Assembly (NCBI GenBank): GCA_951406725.2
Contig: OX597823.1
Span: 60,698,001-60,762,000, forward strand
Reading direction: 5' to 3'
Source: Octopus vulgaris
Lineage: Eukaryota
DNA: 64,000 nucleotides
This document shows, in pieces, positions 40,905-52,264 of this stretch. The first letter of the stretch is position 1. The number at the start of each line of letters is the position of its first letter. A model generated the notes under the pieces. It saw only the letters and a program-made list of their open reading frames with translations, searched no databases and was not told the origin of the DNA. Both the position numbers and the translations under genes were made by a program.

Positions 40905-41172
40905 GGGCATATGATTTAGTGGTTAAGAGTGCAGGCTACTAACCCCAAGATTCCGAGTTCGATTCCAGGCAGTGACCTGAATAATAATAATAATAATGAT
41001 AATAATAATAATAATGATAATAATAATGATAACATCGAAAAATACCAAGACACCTGATGAAGGCTGGAGGGTATATCGGTTGAAACGTTGTGTTAACAAC
41101 AAACAAGATGAGGACAAATATCCATCAAATGTAAATAATGTATATAATTCCTCATCTCTTAAATATAGAACT
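40905..41172 (+). mobile_element. tRNA-headed SINE-like element carrying a hammerhead motif
   Basis: TGATTTAGTGG A-box, GAGTTCGATTCC B-box, (AAT)n, then CTGATGA..GAAAC. Confidence 0.75.
41049..41094 (+). ncRNA. Minimal type I hammerhead ribozyme (Penelope-type)
   Basis: Stem I GACAC/GTGTT, core CTGATGA (41054-41060), stem II GGCTG/CGGTT (with wobbles), GAAAC, palindromic ACGT stem III, GUU cleavage triplet. Confidence 0.7.
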
Positions 41173-41829
41173 GCATTAGCTTAGTAATTTGACAAACAAG
41201 AGTTGATAAAATAAGTACCATAGTGAAATAAGTACAAAGGATCAATATGGTCAGTTAAACTCTCATCAGTAGTGCTCCAGCTTGGCTGCTGTCCAGTAAC
41301 TGAAACCAGTAAATGAAAAGTAAAACAACCACTTCTTGTTCTGTAATAAGGAAAGAAAAAAAAATATTCCAATAATTGTTTCTTGCAAACCATTTACAAT
41401 ATAGTTTTTCTTTTTATGTCTCTCAGTGCACTTGCACTGAGAAGTATTATAAGGAATAAGGAAGTCTTATATTTATTTCCAATTAACATTATCATTCGTT
41501 TGCAATCTTCTATACTTGACTGCCTATATAAGAAAAACATATTTACATTCATTAATTACAAATGAAAAGGAAAAAAAAAAAAAAAAAGGAGAAAACAATT
41601 TAAATTTCTGCAAAATAAGATTCCCATTAAATATCTCCTTTTGACAGTTCTGTTATACATCTGTTTGATATAGTTCATGACCTCATACTATTGCTGTTTC
41701 ATATGTTGAAATCTAAAGATGTTAGTTCAAGGAAAACACTTTTTGGTGGTTTTAATTTCATTTCTTGGAAAAGAAAGAGGAATAAAAGAAAAAAAGATGT
41801 TTAAATATATACTTGGATTCCTAAATTAA

Positions 41830-42472
41830 TTCCAGATTTTTAGCGCTAGGCCAGCAGTTTTTGAGAGAGGGGATAAGTTGATTACATCGATCCCCAGTGC
41901 TTGACTGGTCATTGTCTTATCAATCTTGCAATGTCAAACTCAGCAGAATATGAACTCAGAACGTGAAGACTGACAAAATGCCACTAGCCTGGAGTGCTAG
42001 CTATTCTGTCAGCTCACTGCCCTCTTGGATTTTACTAAATTAATATTTATGTGTATGCAAGGTGGTGAGCTGGCAGAAGCATTAGCATGTCAGGTGAAAT
42101 GCTTAGCAGCATTTTGTGTCGCTATGTTCTGAGTTCAAATTCCGCCGAGGTCGACTTTGCCTTTCATCCTTTCGGGGTCAATTAAATAAGTACCAGTTAT
42201 GCACTAGGGTCGATATAATCGACTTAATCCATTTGTCTGTCCTTGTTTGTCCCTTCTGTGTTTAGCCCCTTGTGGGCAGTAAAAGAAATAAGCATTTTGT
42301 CTGTCTTTATGTTCTGAGTTCCAATTTCATAGAGGTTGACTTTGCCTTTCATCCTTTCAGGGTCGATAAATTAAGTGCCAGTTGTGTACTGGGGTCAGTC
42401 TGATCGACTGGCCCTCTCCCCCAAAATTTCAGGTCTCGTGCCTAGAATAGGAAAGAATATTTATGTGTATGC
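41830..42472. mobile_element. Head-to-head family B SINEs; the + copy is a B-in-B composite
   Basis: Minus copy 41835-42022; plus composite 42059-42455 flanked by the 17-bp TSD AATATTTATGTGTATGC (42042, 42456). Confidence 0.85.
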
Positions 42473-42879
42473 TTTTTATTTTGTTAATTTGGGAAATGAT
42501 ACTATTGTTGTTTCATATTATTTAGAATCAACCTCAAATTGTAAAATTCTTTCAAAATTCTATTTTGTCAACTGCTGGTGGATATGTACATATGAGAAGC
42601 TGCACATATGTGTACTTGCTAATAGTATATGTATGTAAGAATGTTCTGCCTGCAAGTGATCATTATATGTGTGTGTTCATTTCTCCCTTCTTACAAGTGG
42701 ATATGTGCAGTTGTGCTAATGGCACTGTGTGTTTTAGTGGATGTGCTTGTGCACTTGCTTGCAGATGTGTGCACGAGTATATGTTTGTGTGGCAAGCTAA
42801 TGTTATAATATGCATTTGTCTAACCCATACTAGCATGACAAAATGTATATGAAGTAAATGAAGGAATATATATATATAT

Positions 42880-43103
42880 ATCTTTTATCTTTTACTTGTT
42901 TCAGTCATTAGACTGCAGCCATGGCGGGGCACCACTTTGAAATTTTAGTCAAATGAATCAACCCTAGTGTTTATTTTTTAAACCTGGTAATTATTCTATC
43001 AGTCTCTTTTGCTCAACCACCAAGTTATGGAGATACAAACACACCAACACCAGTTGTCAAGTGGTAATGGCGGGGAAAAACACAGACACAAAGACATATA
43101 TAC

Positions 43104-43143
<40 letters not shown>

Positions 43144-43295
43144 GCTTCTTTCAGTTTCTGTCTACCAAATTTACATGCAAGCTTTGGTTGGCCTGAGGCT
43201 ATAGTAGAAGGTACTTGCCCAAGTTGCCATACAGTAGGACTGAACCCTGAATGATGTGGTTGGGAAGCAAGTTTCTTGCCACATAGCCATGCCTA
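42880..43295 (-). mobile_element. Family A SINE
   Basis: Full-length reverse-complement copy. Confidence 0.85.
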
Positions 43296-43309
43296 TATAT
43301 ATATACACA

Positions 43310-44209
43310 CAAAATATGGACAAAATAATGGAAACACCTTAAAATTTCAAACAAATTTATTTTATTTGGCTTCTACAAGGTATGGACATGTACAAAGTTT
43401 GAATTGTTTCCAAAGGAATTTTTGTCCATTCTTCAACTAAAACAGTCTCCAGTTCTTGTGATGATGGTGGAGGATATCAGCTCTTTACTTGTTTTTCTAA
43501 AATGCTCCATAAATGTTCAATAATATTGAGACCTGGGGACTGTGGTGGCCAGATAAGATGTTCAACTTCACTAGAATGTTCCTTGTGCCATTCAGTAACA
43601 ACTTTAGCTGTGTGAATTGGTGCGTTATCATCCTGAAAGAAACAGTTCCGCAACCATAGGATGAATTTAATCTACTCTAAATGCTTTGCAACATTTGTTT
43701 TTGAAAATAGTGGTTTTCTGATGGCAGCCCGCCCATAAAATCCAGCTTTGTGCAGCTTCTGGTGAACAGTTTTTGTGGAAGTGATCCCTTCTAACAATTC
43801 GCGTAAGAGTCCGACGGTCTCTATCTGAAAGTTTTGGTTTTTTCCAGAGTTTTGTTTCGACGAGGAGGCATTTTTCGCCTCTTTCTCAAAGGCTGTCATT
43901 ACTTTTGAGATAGTACTTCTTAATACACCAAACATTTCAGCTGTTTTCATTATGCTAGCACCTGCCATAGAAGCACCAACAATTTGACCTCTTTGAAAGT
44001 CTGATAGATCTGTCATTTGAATAAATTTTATTTACCTTTTTCTGATGATATCTGAAAAGAAACAGCAATTTTAGCAAAACATGTTAAGCAACACTTAAAC
44101 ATAAAAACATAAAAATAAATAAGCTTTTATAAATAAACAAGGTTTTATAGATATTTCAAAATTATGATGCTATGATGCTAGGTTTTTCGATTATTTAGTC
44201 CAACTCCTG
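43310..44209 (-). mobile_element. Deleted Tc1-like DNA transposon
   Basis: ORF 43672-44016 MTDLSDFQRGQIVGA..HTH; downstream QDDNAPIHTA and WPPQSPGLNIIEHLW; inverted repeats GGACAAAATAATGGAAACACC / GGTTTTTCGATTATTTAGTCC. Confidence 0.9.
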
Positions 44210-45883
44210 TATATATATATGTATATATATAAAAAATTCACCTGTATGAACATATTCAATAATGTAAATATTTATTTTTTTTTACACTTGTCAGACATAA
44301 TTATTTCTTACATGTATACCTTTCCTTAGTGTATTCATTATTATTACTCCCTGATATGTCTTAATACTTGAAGAACTTTATTTCTATCTTCCATATCTAT
44401 AGCTTGTCATTGGTTGCTTAGAACTAATTTTAGAGATGATCAAGGGTGTAAAGTTTACTATCAGTATTCTTCAGCAGACAAGGGGTAGAGAAGACTATAA
44501 AGCAGGGAAAGAGAGAAAAAGCATGCTCTTTGAATGATATCACTGTTAATTTTATTATAAAAAATTCATTGATTGATTGAAAGCGAGGTCGTTTGTAACC
44601 ATATTTCTTTTCAAATAGACTTTGTTTCAATAAATTTTGAAAATAATGAAGATATTGGCAAAATAATTTTATCATCAATAAGCTGGTGTTTTGGAGTAGA
44701 TTAACATGAAATTTTGAAGGAATGGCAGGCTGTAATTTAGATAGTTTAAAGCAGGGAGCTTGTATCATAGAACCAAAGTCTCAGACAGATTTGTATCATA
44801 AGGGTTAACTGGATTTTGTGCAGACCTTCTTAGTATTTGAAAGACAAATTATTTCAAAGGATTTTATAAATAATATTTATTTACTGGTGTCTTTTAGGTA
44901 TTTGTATATTTATTCAAACAATTTTCATTTCCAAGTGCTTGCATATGTTATACATCTTTGTGCATGTGCACACACACACACACACGTATACAATTGTATT
45001 CGTGGTAACTCTCTCTTTTTCTCTCTCTATCTTCCTCTTCCATTCTGTCAAAGTTTTCTCTCTCCTTATAAATTATGAATTTTAATGTTATTAAGACTAG
45101 CATAAATTTGTAGACATTAATAAATCATAGACATATATCAATAATTAAATAGAAATATGAAGATTCAGTTTCATTTTGTTTTGTGAAATCTTCTGGACTT
45201 ATATATATATATATATGTATGTATACCTTTAATCCATCTTAAAAACATGGATATACAAATAAAACTTTATTGACATATTGTCTAGATTAAATTTTTAAAA
45301 ACCTATTCATTACTCATTTAATATTTAAAGATGTATTCATATGACTTGTTTTAATTTCTTCCCTTCAAAGATAGTTTTAGGAATTTTCTAGTTTAAATGA
45401 CACAGTATTCTGACATATTTAATCAGAATAAAATATTGAGTCTGTTTAAAAATGTTCTGAATCTTAAAACATTAAATTTTCTATCCCTTTCAAGTTTAGT
45501 TACTGTTGACTTTAAAGTAAATTTTTGATATGTTTTTATATTAATTCCGAGACTTTAAATGAATTGTTTCCCAGTGGGACTCTGAAACAAAATAAATATA
45601 AATTAAAACATTTTGAACTTAACTTTTAATAAGTCTATTTATTATCCACCATAAATATATTTATTGAAGTTTTTTAATATTTAATATGTTTCAAAAAAAA
45701 AAAGAAGAAATTAATATATTTTGTAAAGGAAAAAATGTTTTGTCATTGAATTTATATGATATTTAATATTAATTTATAAGAGATTTTCTTCAAAATTCTA
45801 TTTTAAACCCTTTCATTAAGAATGCAAATCTCTTAATGTTAGATTCTTATTAGCACTGATTTGCTGTAAATAACTTAACACTA

Positions 45884-46048
45884 GGCACAGGAGTGGCTGT
45901 GTGGTAAGTAGCTTGCTTACCAACCACATGGTTCTGGGTTCAGTCCCACTGCGTGGCATCTTGGGCAAGTGTCTTCTACTATAGCCTTGGGATGACCAAA
46001 GCCTTGTGAGTGGATTTGGTAGTCGGAAACTGAAAGAAGCCCGTCTTA

Positions 46049-46088
<40 letters not shown>

Positions 46089-46305
46089 TATATATATGTT
46101 AGTGTGTCTGTGTCCCCTCAGCACCGCTTGACAACCGATGCTGGTGTGTTTACGTCCCCGTCACTTAGCGGTTCAGCAAAAGAACCCGATAGAATAAGTA
46201 CTAGGCTTACAAAGAATAAGTCTTGGGGTCGATTTGCTCGACTAAAGGCGGTGCTCCAGCATGGCTGCAATCAAATGACTGAAACAATTAAAAGAATAAA
46301 AGAGA
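45884..46305 (+). mobile_element. Family A SINE, well preserved
   Basis: GGCACAGGAGTGGCTGTGTGGTAAG..GGTTCAGTCCC..GACTGAAACAATTAAAAGAATAAAAGAG. Confidence 0.9.
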
Positions 46306-46442
46306 CCAGGACTTATTCACCACATCTTAACCCATTCCAGTTAGCAGGACCAGTTACCACAACCACCCCTGTTAAACTCATTACCCCAACCTCATCCTAC
46401 TGGATGGATTCTAAAATTAACCATTGTCTTTATTCTGATACA

Positions 46443-46761
46443 TAGTGGAACCATGGTTTAGGAACGCCTCTCATCGCAAACAGATCAATTTATGAACTAT
46501 TTTTCAAACATAAAACATCTCAGATGGTGAACAATCTCAAGTAACAAACATAGAAGCCAGCAACAATGGTCAGCAACAAGCTGGGAGTATTAGTGGGAGA
46601 GCATCAGTTTCTGTCTAGCTTTCAATCAGTGCATATCCCTGCTTGAATTCACCATGCCTTCTTTTGAATTTCCTACAGGAAAAATAGTTATCGTTTACAA
46701 ACATTTTGGTTGATGAACAGTCTTCAGGAATGAATTAAATTCGTAAATGGAGGTTCCATTG
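46443..46761. mobile_element. pogo/Tigger-like MITE
   Basis: AGTGGAACCATGGTTTAGGAA ... TTCGTAAATGGAGGTTCCATTG|TA inverted ends. Confidence 0.7.
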
Positions 46762-46949
46762 TATATTCTAAACTCACCTTGTTACTGAAGAAATATACAA
46801 GCAAATAAAGAAATAAAGACGAACGAATATCCTGCAGTTGGTTTGAATAAAAATTTGTCTTCTCAATCTCTTCAGAATGATTTGTTCTTTCTGTTGATAC
46901 ACTTTGTGAGACACCCCATACTTGCTGAATGAATCTTATCTAGAGATTT

Positions 46950-47320
46950 GAAGATTCACAATTCCTTCTGGCTGTTTTATTCTTCTTGTAAAGATTCAAC
47001 CAATTCAACAATTGAAGCCTTTCACACATTCTACACACTTGACCTTTCCTCTCTTCCAAAACTGAACAATTTCTCCTGCACTTCAATACTTCTCACCACA
47101 TTTGTAGTTCTTCTAAAATGGCAATGGAACATATATACTGAATTTGTACCTGTGTTTGAAATTTTGTTTTCTAGTTTTTTTTTAAATTTGCCAACTGTTA
47201 AATTTTTTTAACCACTTTTATGCAGACACTCTCTGGCATCAAGTGTTCTTCTATCTTGTTTTCACTGAAACAACTCATTCTTTCAATTGCAAAATTACTC
47301 AGTTTTTGAAGATATTTTCT
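46950..47320 (-). pseudogene. EVC2: EVC2-like C-terminal exon remnant
   Basis: gttttag|RKYLQKLSNFAIERMSCFS.. (human ILKKTCLPLRERMIFS) and ..VQEKLFSFGR (47058-47075; human TGEKLFIFRN); frameshift in an A7 run. Confidence 0.65.
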
Positions 47321-47482
47321 CTAAAACATGCAACATCAATATAGAAGACATAAGATGTTCTTCAAAAGCTTAGTGACTGGTGTATTGATAACGACTGATA
47401 ATCCTTTTATCTCTAATTAAGATTACCGCAATGAGGGGCAAAGTATGTTTCTGTCATCATATGCAGCTAGAATAATTTTCAC

Positions 47483-47559
47483 CTCCTTTTCCCTGCAATT
47501 GCATATTTCTAGTCCCTTGTCAAACTATCTCATCTAATTTTGAATTATATTCTTTTTTT
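47483..47559 (-). pseudogene. EVC2: EVC2-like exon remnant
   Basis: atag|..EYNSKLDEIV*Q/GLEICNCREKE|gtgaaa versus human DGKLRGDLISRGLEK. Confidence 0.55.
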
Positions 47560-47607
47560 CTATATTATGAAAATTTAAAAAAAAAAACCTATTAGTGATT
47601 CATTGAC

Positions 47608-47775
47608 CTCTCTCTTTAATTTTCTCATTTGTCAAATTAGCTAAATTTTCCACACTCGTTGCCAAATATACAAGACTCAACACTGTGCATGTTGTCTGTG
47701 TAGTTAGGCTGGCAAGACTGAGATGTTCTTGAATTCTCTTTGAAAAATAGTGTTCTTGCTGGGAAAGTTGATCTT
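47608..47775 (-). pseudogene. EVC2: EVC2-like exon (still open, 168 nt, phase 1-1)
   Basis: ttttttatag|EDQLSQQEHYF..LASLTTQTTCTVLSLVYLATSVENLANL|gtcaat versus human LCSQELRL..MAMVPGATLRRLLSVVLPTASQPQLLALL. Confidence 0.65.
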
Positions 47776-47827
47776 CTATAAAAAACATTCAACGAAAGAT
47801 AGGTTAATGTTGCATTCTCTTATTTAC

Positions 47828-47989
47828 CATTCTCAGCTAACTTTTAAAGACCTGTTTTTGTGTATATAAATGTAAGTACTGTTCTTGTGCTGTGGCATCA
47901 CTTTGTTATGTTTTAAGTCAGAACTACTAAACCCTTTTATTTGATGCCTTTATCACAGCTGTACATAGTCTTTATTTTAGAACATATAA
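47828..47989 (-). pseudogene. EVC2: Exon remnant with stops
   Basis: tgtttttttag acceptor and G|gtaaat donor; LYVLK*RLCTAVIKASNKR; phases compatible with the neighbouring exons. Confidence 0.5.
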
Positions 47990-48108
47990 CTAAAAAAACA
48001 AAAAAAATATGAAACATTGAACTACTAGCTCTGAGTGTAAGTTCATATTCTATTGTAGATTTTCTACCCTTGTGCAAATTTTTCAGTTTTTCTGAACAAG
48101 TTACTTAC

Positions 48109-48248
48109 AACATCATATTGAAGGAGAGACTTCTCCCTTACATCCGACTGGTTTAACTCATTATCATGTTTTGTGTGCTCTTTCTGTTGTGTCACTTTCA
48201 TCATAAAATTCCTCTATATTCCTTGTTTCTGAGATGTCAGTTCTTTAT
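48109..48248 (-). pseudogene. EVC2: Exon remnant with a single in-frame TAG
   Basis: aaatag|xKELTSQKQGI*RNFMMKVTQQKEHTKHDNELNQSDVREKSLLQYDV|gtaagt. Confidence 0.55.
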
Positions 48249-48279
48249 CTATTTAAAATATTTCTCACTGAGTTTATCG

Positions 48280-48622
48280 TTTACTTGTTTTCAGACATTA
48301 GACTGTGGCTATGCTAGGGTAATGTTTTAAAGAATTTTAGATGACTGAATCCCTCCCCCACCAGTGCATGTTATTTTATTAGGCCTAGTGTTTATTGTAT
48401 TGGTCTCTTTTGCCAAACCACTAAGTTATAGGGACATAAACACACCAACACCACTTGTCAAGCAGTGGTGGAGGATAAACACACACACACACACATATGT
48501 TTCTGTCTACCAAATCACTCATAAGGCTATAATAGAAGACACTTGCCCAAGGTGGAATACAGTGGGACTGAACCTGGAACCTTATGGTTGAGAAGCAGAA
48601 TTCTTACCATACAGCCATGCCT
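48280..48622 (-). mobile_element. Family A SINE (internally deleted)
   Basis: TTACTTGTTTTCAG..GAAGACACTTGCCCAAGG..CAGCCATGCC. Confidence 0.8.
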
Positions 48623-48816
48623 GGTTTCTATAGCATGCTTTTTAATCATTGTTTAGTAAACTTAGTTATTCTTATTTTGGCAATACTGCTAATAATAATG
48701 ATAAAAGTAAAAAAAAAAAAAAAAAAGTGAAATATAGAAAGCATTTTGTCAATCTTCTTTGTACGATTATATTGTCACCAAAAAGAAGAGGAATTCTTTC
48801 ATATTCGATTCCAAAC

Positions 48817-49700
48817 CTCCTTTTTGTCAGTTGTTTCAAATCCACTGCTAATTTTGTAGCTAGTAATTTTTTTCAGATGAATTGTGGAATGATCATAATT
48901 TCTTAGATAATTTACTAAGTTAGATAAATGTCGAGACAGAATTCTTCTTTCAGTAAGATAGAATGTATTAACATTGTCCATTGTTGTATAAAAAAATGCG
49001 TATTTCAACATCTAAAGATGCCAGAAACTGATAATTATATGCTAATCCCTACTATCTGCTAAATTTGATTCCATAATCAACTTTTGTCACAGTGTTATTT
49101 ACAATACGCTACTTTGCAGTCAATTGAACATAAGAAGTTGTAGGCATATTAATACTTGTTGTCTTTTGCTTGTAAGCTTCCAATTTTTTCCTCCCTGCTA
49201 TGTTATTTTATATAAACCTTCTTAGAGGAATTTAGAATGAAATATTTAAGCCCTTTCATCTTGTGCTGTTCCTATCAATTTGGCTATCATAATCCTAACT
49301 ACAATCGTAAGTTTTACGTCATGTAAGAGGAATTCATATTGAAAAAGATCAGTTCTTTGTGTAGAAGACTTTTCTTTATGAAATTCTATGGTTTTGATTT
49401 TTCAAATATTTTTCTCTTATTTTTTACTTTTTTTTTAATGTTTTGGTTTAAGGTTTCATTTCATTTTTTTTTCTTTCTGATTTTATTGTCATTATTTTAT
49501 TTATATTTTCTCCGTCTATGTATATCATTATCTTGGCTAAGTAACCATTGTGAATTTTTGAATAAACATTGGCTAATAACTCGAGTCTACAGTTCCTTGC
49601 AAAACTTTTGACTTTTACCAAAATACATAAAAGCATCTACTTTGTAAGCTTTAGATTTGAAGTTCAATGTGTTGTTCTAAATGGGATAGAAGAACATTAG
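48817..49700 (-). pseudogene. EVC2: Several EVC2-like coiled-coil exon remnants
   Basis: KSKP*NFIKKSLLHKELIF (human KSKGELLKKCIEDKIHL), REEKIGSLQAKDNKY (LRERVQRMEAQEGGF), LIHSILLKE (SIQDLLLEE); acceptors at 49701 and 49012. Confidence 0.5.
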
Positions 49701-50489
49701 CTGAAAACAGTCAAGATAATAGCATTCAATAAAAGATAACCATTGAATTAATCTTCATTTATTTAGAGCATCAGATATGTTATGAAATGAACATCATGTG
49801 CACTAAAATTGATGTAAATCATTACACAAAAGAAGCATAATGAAGATTAAATAAATGAACCATATCCAGACATTGACGAACATCTTTTCTTTTTTTTTTT
49901 CCTATTATTATTTAAGTGAAATATAACTTTAGAGTGTTTTACTTATCCTATACTTCATTTTTATTTAAAAATTATGACAATCATTATAAACTTGTTTTGT
50001 GACTAGAAAACTTATATTTTATTTGATATGTATAATTTCCTAAAAAGTTCTTTTAAATTAAATCTACTAATTGTCCTATTTTTCCCAGACAAATTATAAT
50101 CTATCCATAATTTGTATTCAATCTCTATCCTAACATACAAAGAAAGAATTTTTGAATACAATGATTAATTGCAATTCTATTATTTTAAATCTTTTTCCAT
50201 TTTTTTTTTTTTTACAAATAATATTATTTAATTATGATTGACAAAATTCAAAGTTTTCTTTGCTCATTTTAATTTTTAAATTTATGGCATTTTGTTAAAA
50301 CTTAATCAGGACAATTTTCATCATCCACTAGTTTTTAATATTTGTTTTTCCAAGATGCCAAAATATTTGAAGTCTCTAAAATCATACATTAAGGGGTAGG
50401 GGGTGGGGAGTGTGTGGGGTGGGGAGGGTTAGAAAAGAAAAGAAGCAAAAGTCCAATTTGTTAAGCTGAAAAAGTTTAATAAAATAGGT

Positions 50490-50690
50490 ATTCCAGTTAT
50501 CTCTAATTTTATATAGTTTCTTTTCTTTTCGCTTCTTAAGATAAGACTGTGTAACAAATTTTGATTTTGAATCTCTTGCAACTTGACATTTATCTTAACA
50601 GGTTTCATATTTCAGCTTTTTCAGCAATCTCCATAATTTTTTCTTTGTATAACTTGGAACTTTTATTGCTATTGATTTGATTAATTTTTC
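50490..50690 (-). pseudogene. EVC2: EVC2-like exon remnant
   Basis: EKLIKS..KKLWRLLKKLKYE / KINVKLQE..LHSLILR versus human THLIQK..DQMEMLLERAQTE / SIKQKLDN..LHQKLITK. Confidence 0.5.
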
Positions 50691-51299
50691 AGTTATTAAG
50701 AAGTCTCAGCCATTGAAAAATCATTCGTCCATTATCTATCAAACCATGTTTTCATATTTATTGGAAAAGGAAATGTATAAAACATAAAATATGTTAATTA
50801 CACAATTAAATGTGTGTGTGTGTGTGTAGCCATATCTGAACATTTCTACTTAGCTACTTCAGATCTGGTAAAACTTTAAGAGTATTGGAACGACTTTTAT
50901 TATTTCCAAAAATAATTTTAGTTTTGACAGTATTTTCTTTGTAGCGTGAAATCAAATTACTTTATTATATAATCATCTTTGTAGGTTACATCTATCTTAA
51001 GTACAGGTTAAATCCAATGTGAAGAAATCTGTTATTACATTCCAAGGCAGGGATCGTACATCTTGTAAATACCATCTTGATCAAGGTATGTAACCACTCA
51101 CCTTAAATACAACACATCCCTCTTCAAAATGTCAAGAAACCCTGTATTACTTCTGAACAGCACCAGTGCTTTTCTAAGTGCATTTTAACTGAATATAGCA
51201 CTTCGTTACCAACAATCGTCACTCCCAGTTAAACATAATTTACAATTGCTGCCAAAGTCGATACATTCACCCCAGCCTTTGCACCTCACTCTACACATG

Positions 51300-51510
51300 C
51301 TAATATTAATTGTTGTCCTTCATCACTCGTTTCACTAAGAGATCCAAAAGACCGGTTGCACTTGAAACTTTGAACAGGCCAGATAATGTACCCAAAAGAA
51401 GTGTACTCATATCTGTTGCTGCTCAACTTGCTGCATTATTCACCAAACCATTCCAATTCAGTTGTTATTCAGCCAATTTTCTTCCTTCGTGGATGGATGC
51501 CAATACCATC
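51300..51510 (+). mobile_element. Old Jockey/CR1-like reverse transcriptase fragment
   Basis: RPDNVP..VLISVAAQLAALFTKPFQFS..PSWMDA resembles the GPDGIP..LK.CA.ELA.PL..LF..S..P..WK.A motif. Confidence 0.6.
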
Positions 51511-51800
51511 TCTGTATTAATATCTCCAGTGTTATGGGAAAATAACAAATTCCTATCTTGCCTAGGAAGAGACTTGTTTTTTAGTGATAAGGATGGAATT
51601 TAATTTAATAAATAAATAAACAAATAAATAAATAAATGGAGATGAAGCCGTAACTCTTTAGTACAAATGGCCTGCATTCTTAAAGCACCATTCTAAAAAT
51701 AGCATGCTTTCTCTTTACAGGGACTTAGAATTTTGATAAAGTATATTATTCGACTCTTATAAAAAACTACTTTTGTTGGATATCTAAACAAGCATCTTAC

Positions 51801-51950
51801 GTGAAGATTTTTTAAAATAATCTCAAAAATATTCCAGAAATTTTGTTGTATTCAATGAAGCCATTTCCAAAATTTTCTCTCTGCCTTTCAACAATGAACT
51901 TTATCTGGTGAAAGTGCCCTCTAGATCTACACTTCCATAGAACCATGCTG
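51801..51950 (-). pseudogene. EVC2: EVC2-like exon remnant
   Basis: HGSMEV*I*RALS...KAERKF versus human HGLEQEHLRKSLA...KAHRQL; donor CAC|gtaaga. Confidence 0.5.
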
Positions 51951-52016
51951 TCAGATGTAGCTGGTAATGAAACAGTGATATAGGGAATGTTTGAGCCTCA
52001 CACACAGAATTATATC

Positions 52017-52245
52017 AATCCCTTTAATACAGATTGGCCTGAAACTGTCTTTGATTCTAGGATACAAACACTACTGTTTTAAAGTGATCTAAATAAGAAT
52101 TCTTTCACCAAAATCTTATGTTAATTTGTTTCAGACACCAGCTTAATTATCAGAAAATTATTTTACTAAATACTTGATAATTTTTTAAAATTAATTGAAA
52201 CAAAGGTAATATATTGCAGCACAAATGTGATAACAAAAGGGTTAA
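52017..52245. mobile_element. TTAA-type MITE
   Basis: CCCTTT...AAAGGG|TTAA ends; similar to 8649. Confidence 0.55.
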
Positions 52246-52264
52246 ATTGAAGCAGTCTGCAATA

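Noticed and set aside
47483-48248. Idea that ADAR editing rescues the EVC2-like stops (TAG/TAA/TGA to Trp)
   Set aside because: Editing cannot fix the several frameshifts, and Trp is not expected at those aligned positions.
51007-51085. Possible + strand exon VKSNVKKSVITFQGRDRTSCKYHLDQ with AG|gtatgt donor
   Set aside because: Weak acceptor, phase incompatible with the 23051 exon, the stronger upstream acceptor gives stops, and it lies next to a LINE relic.
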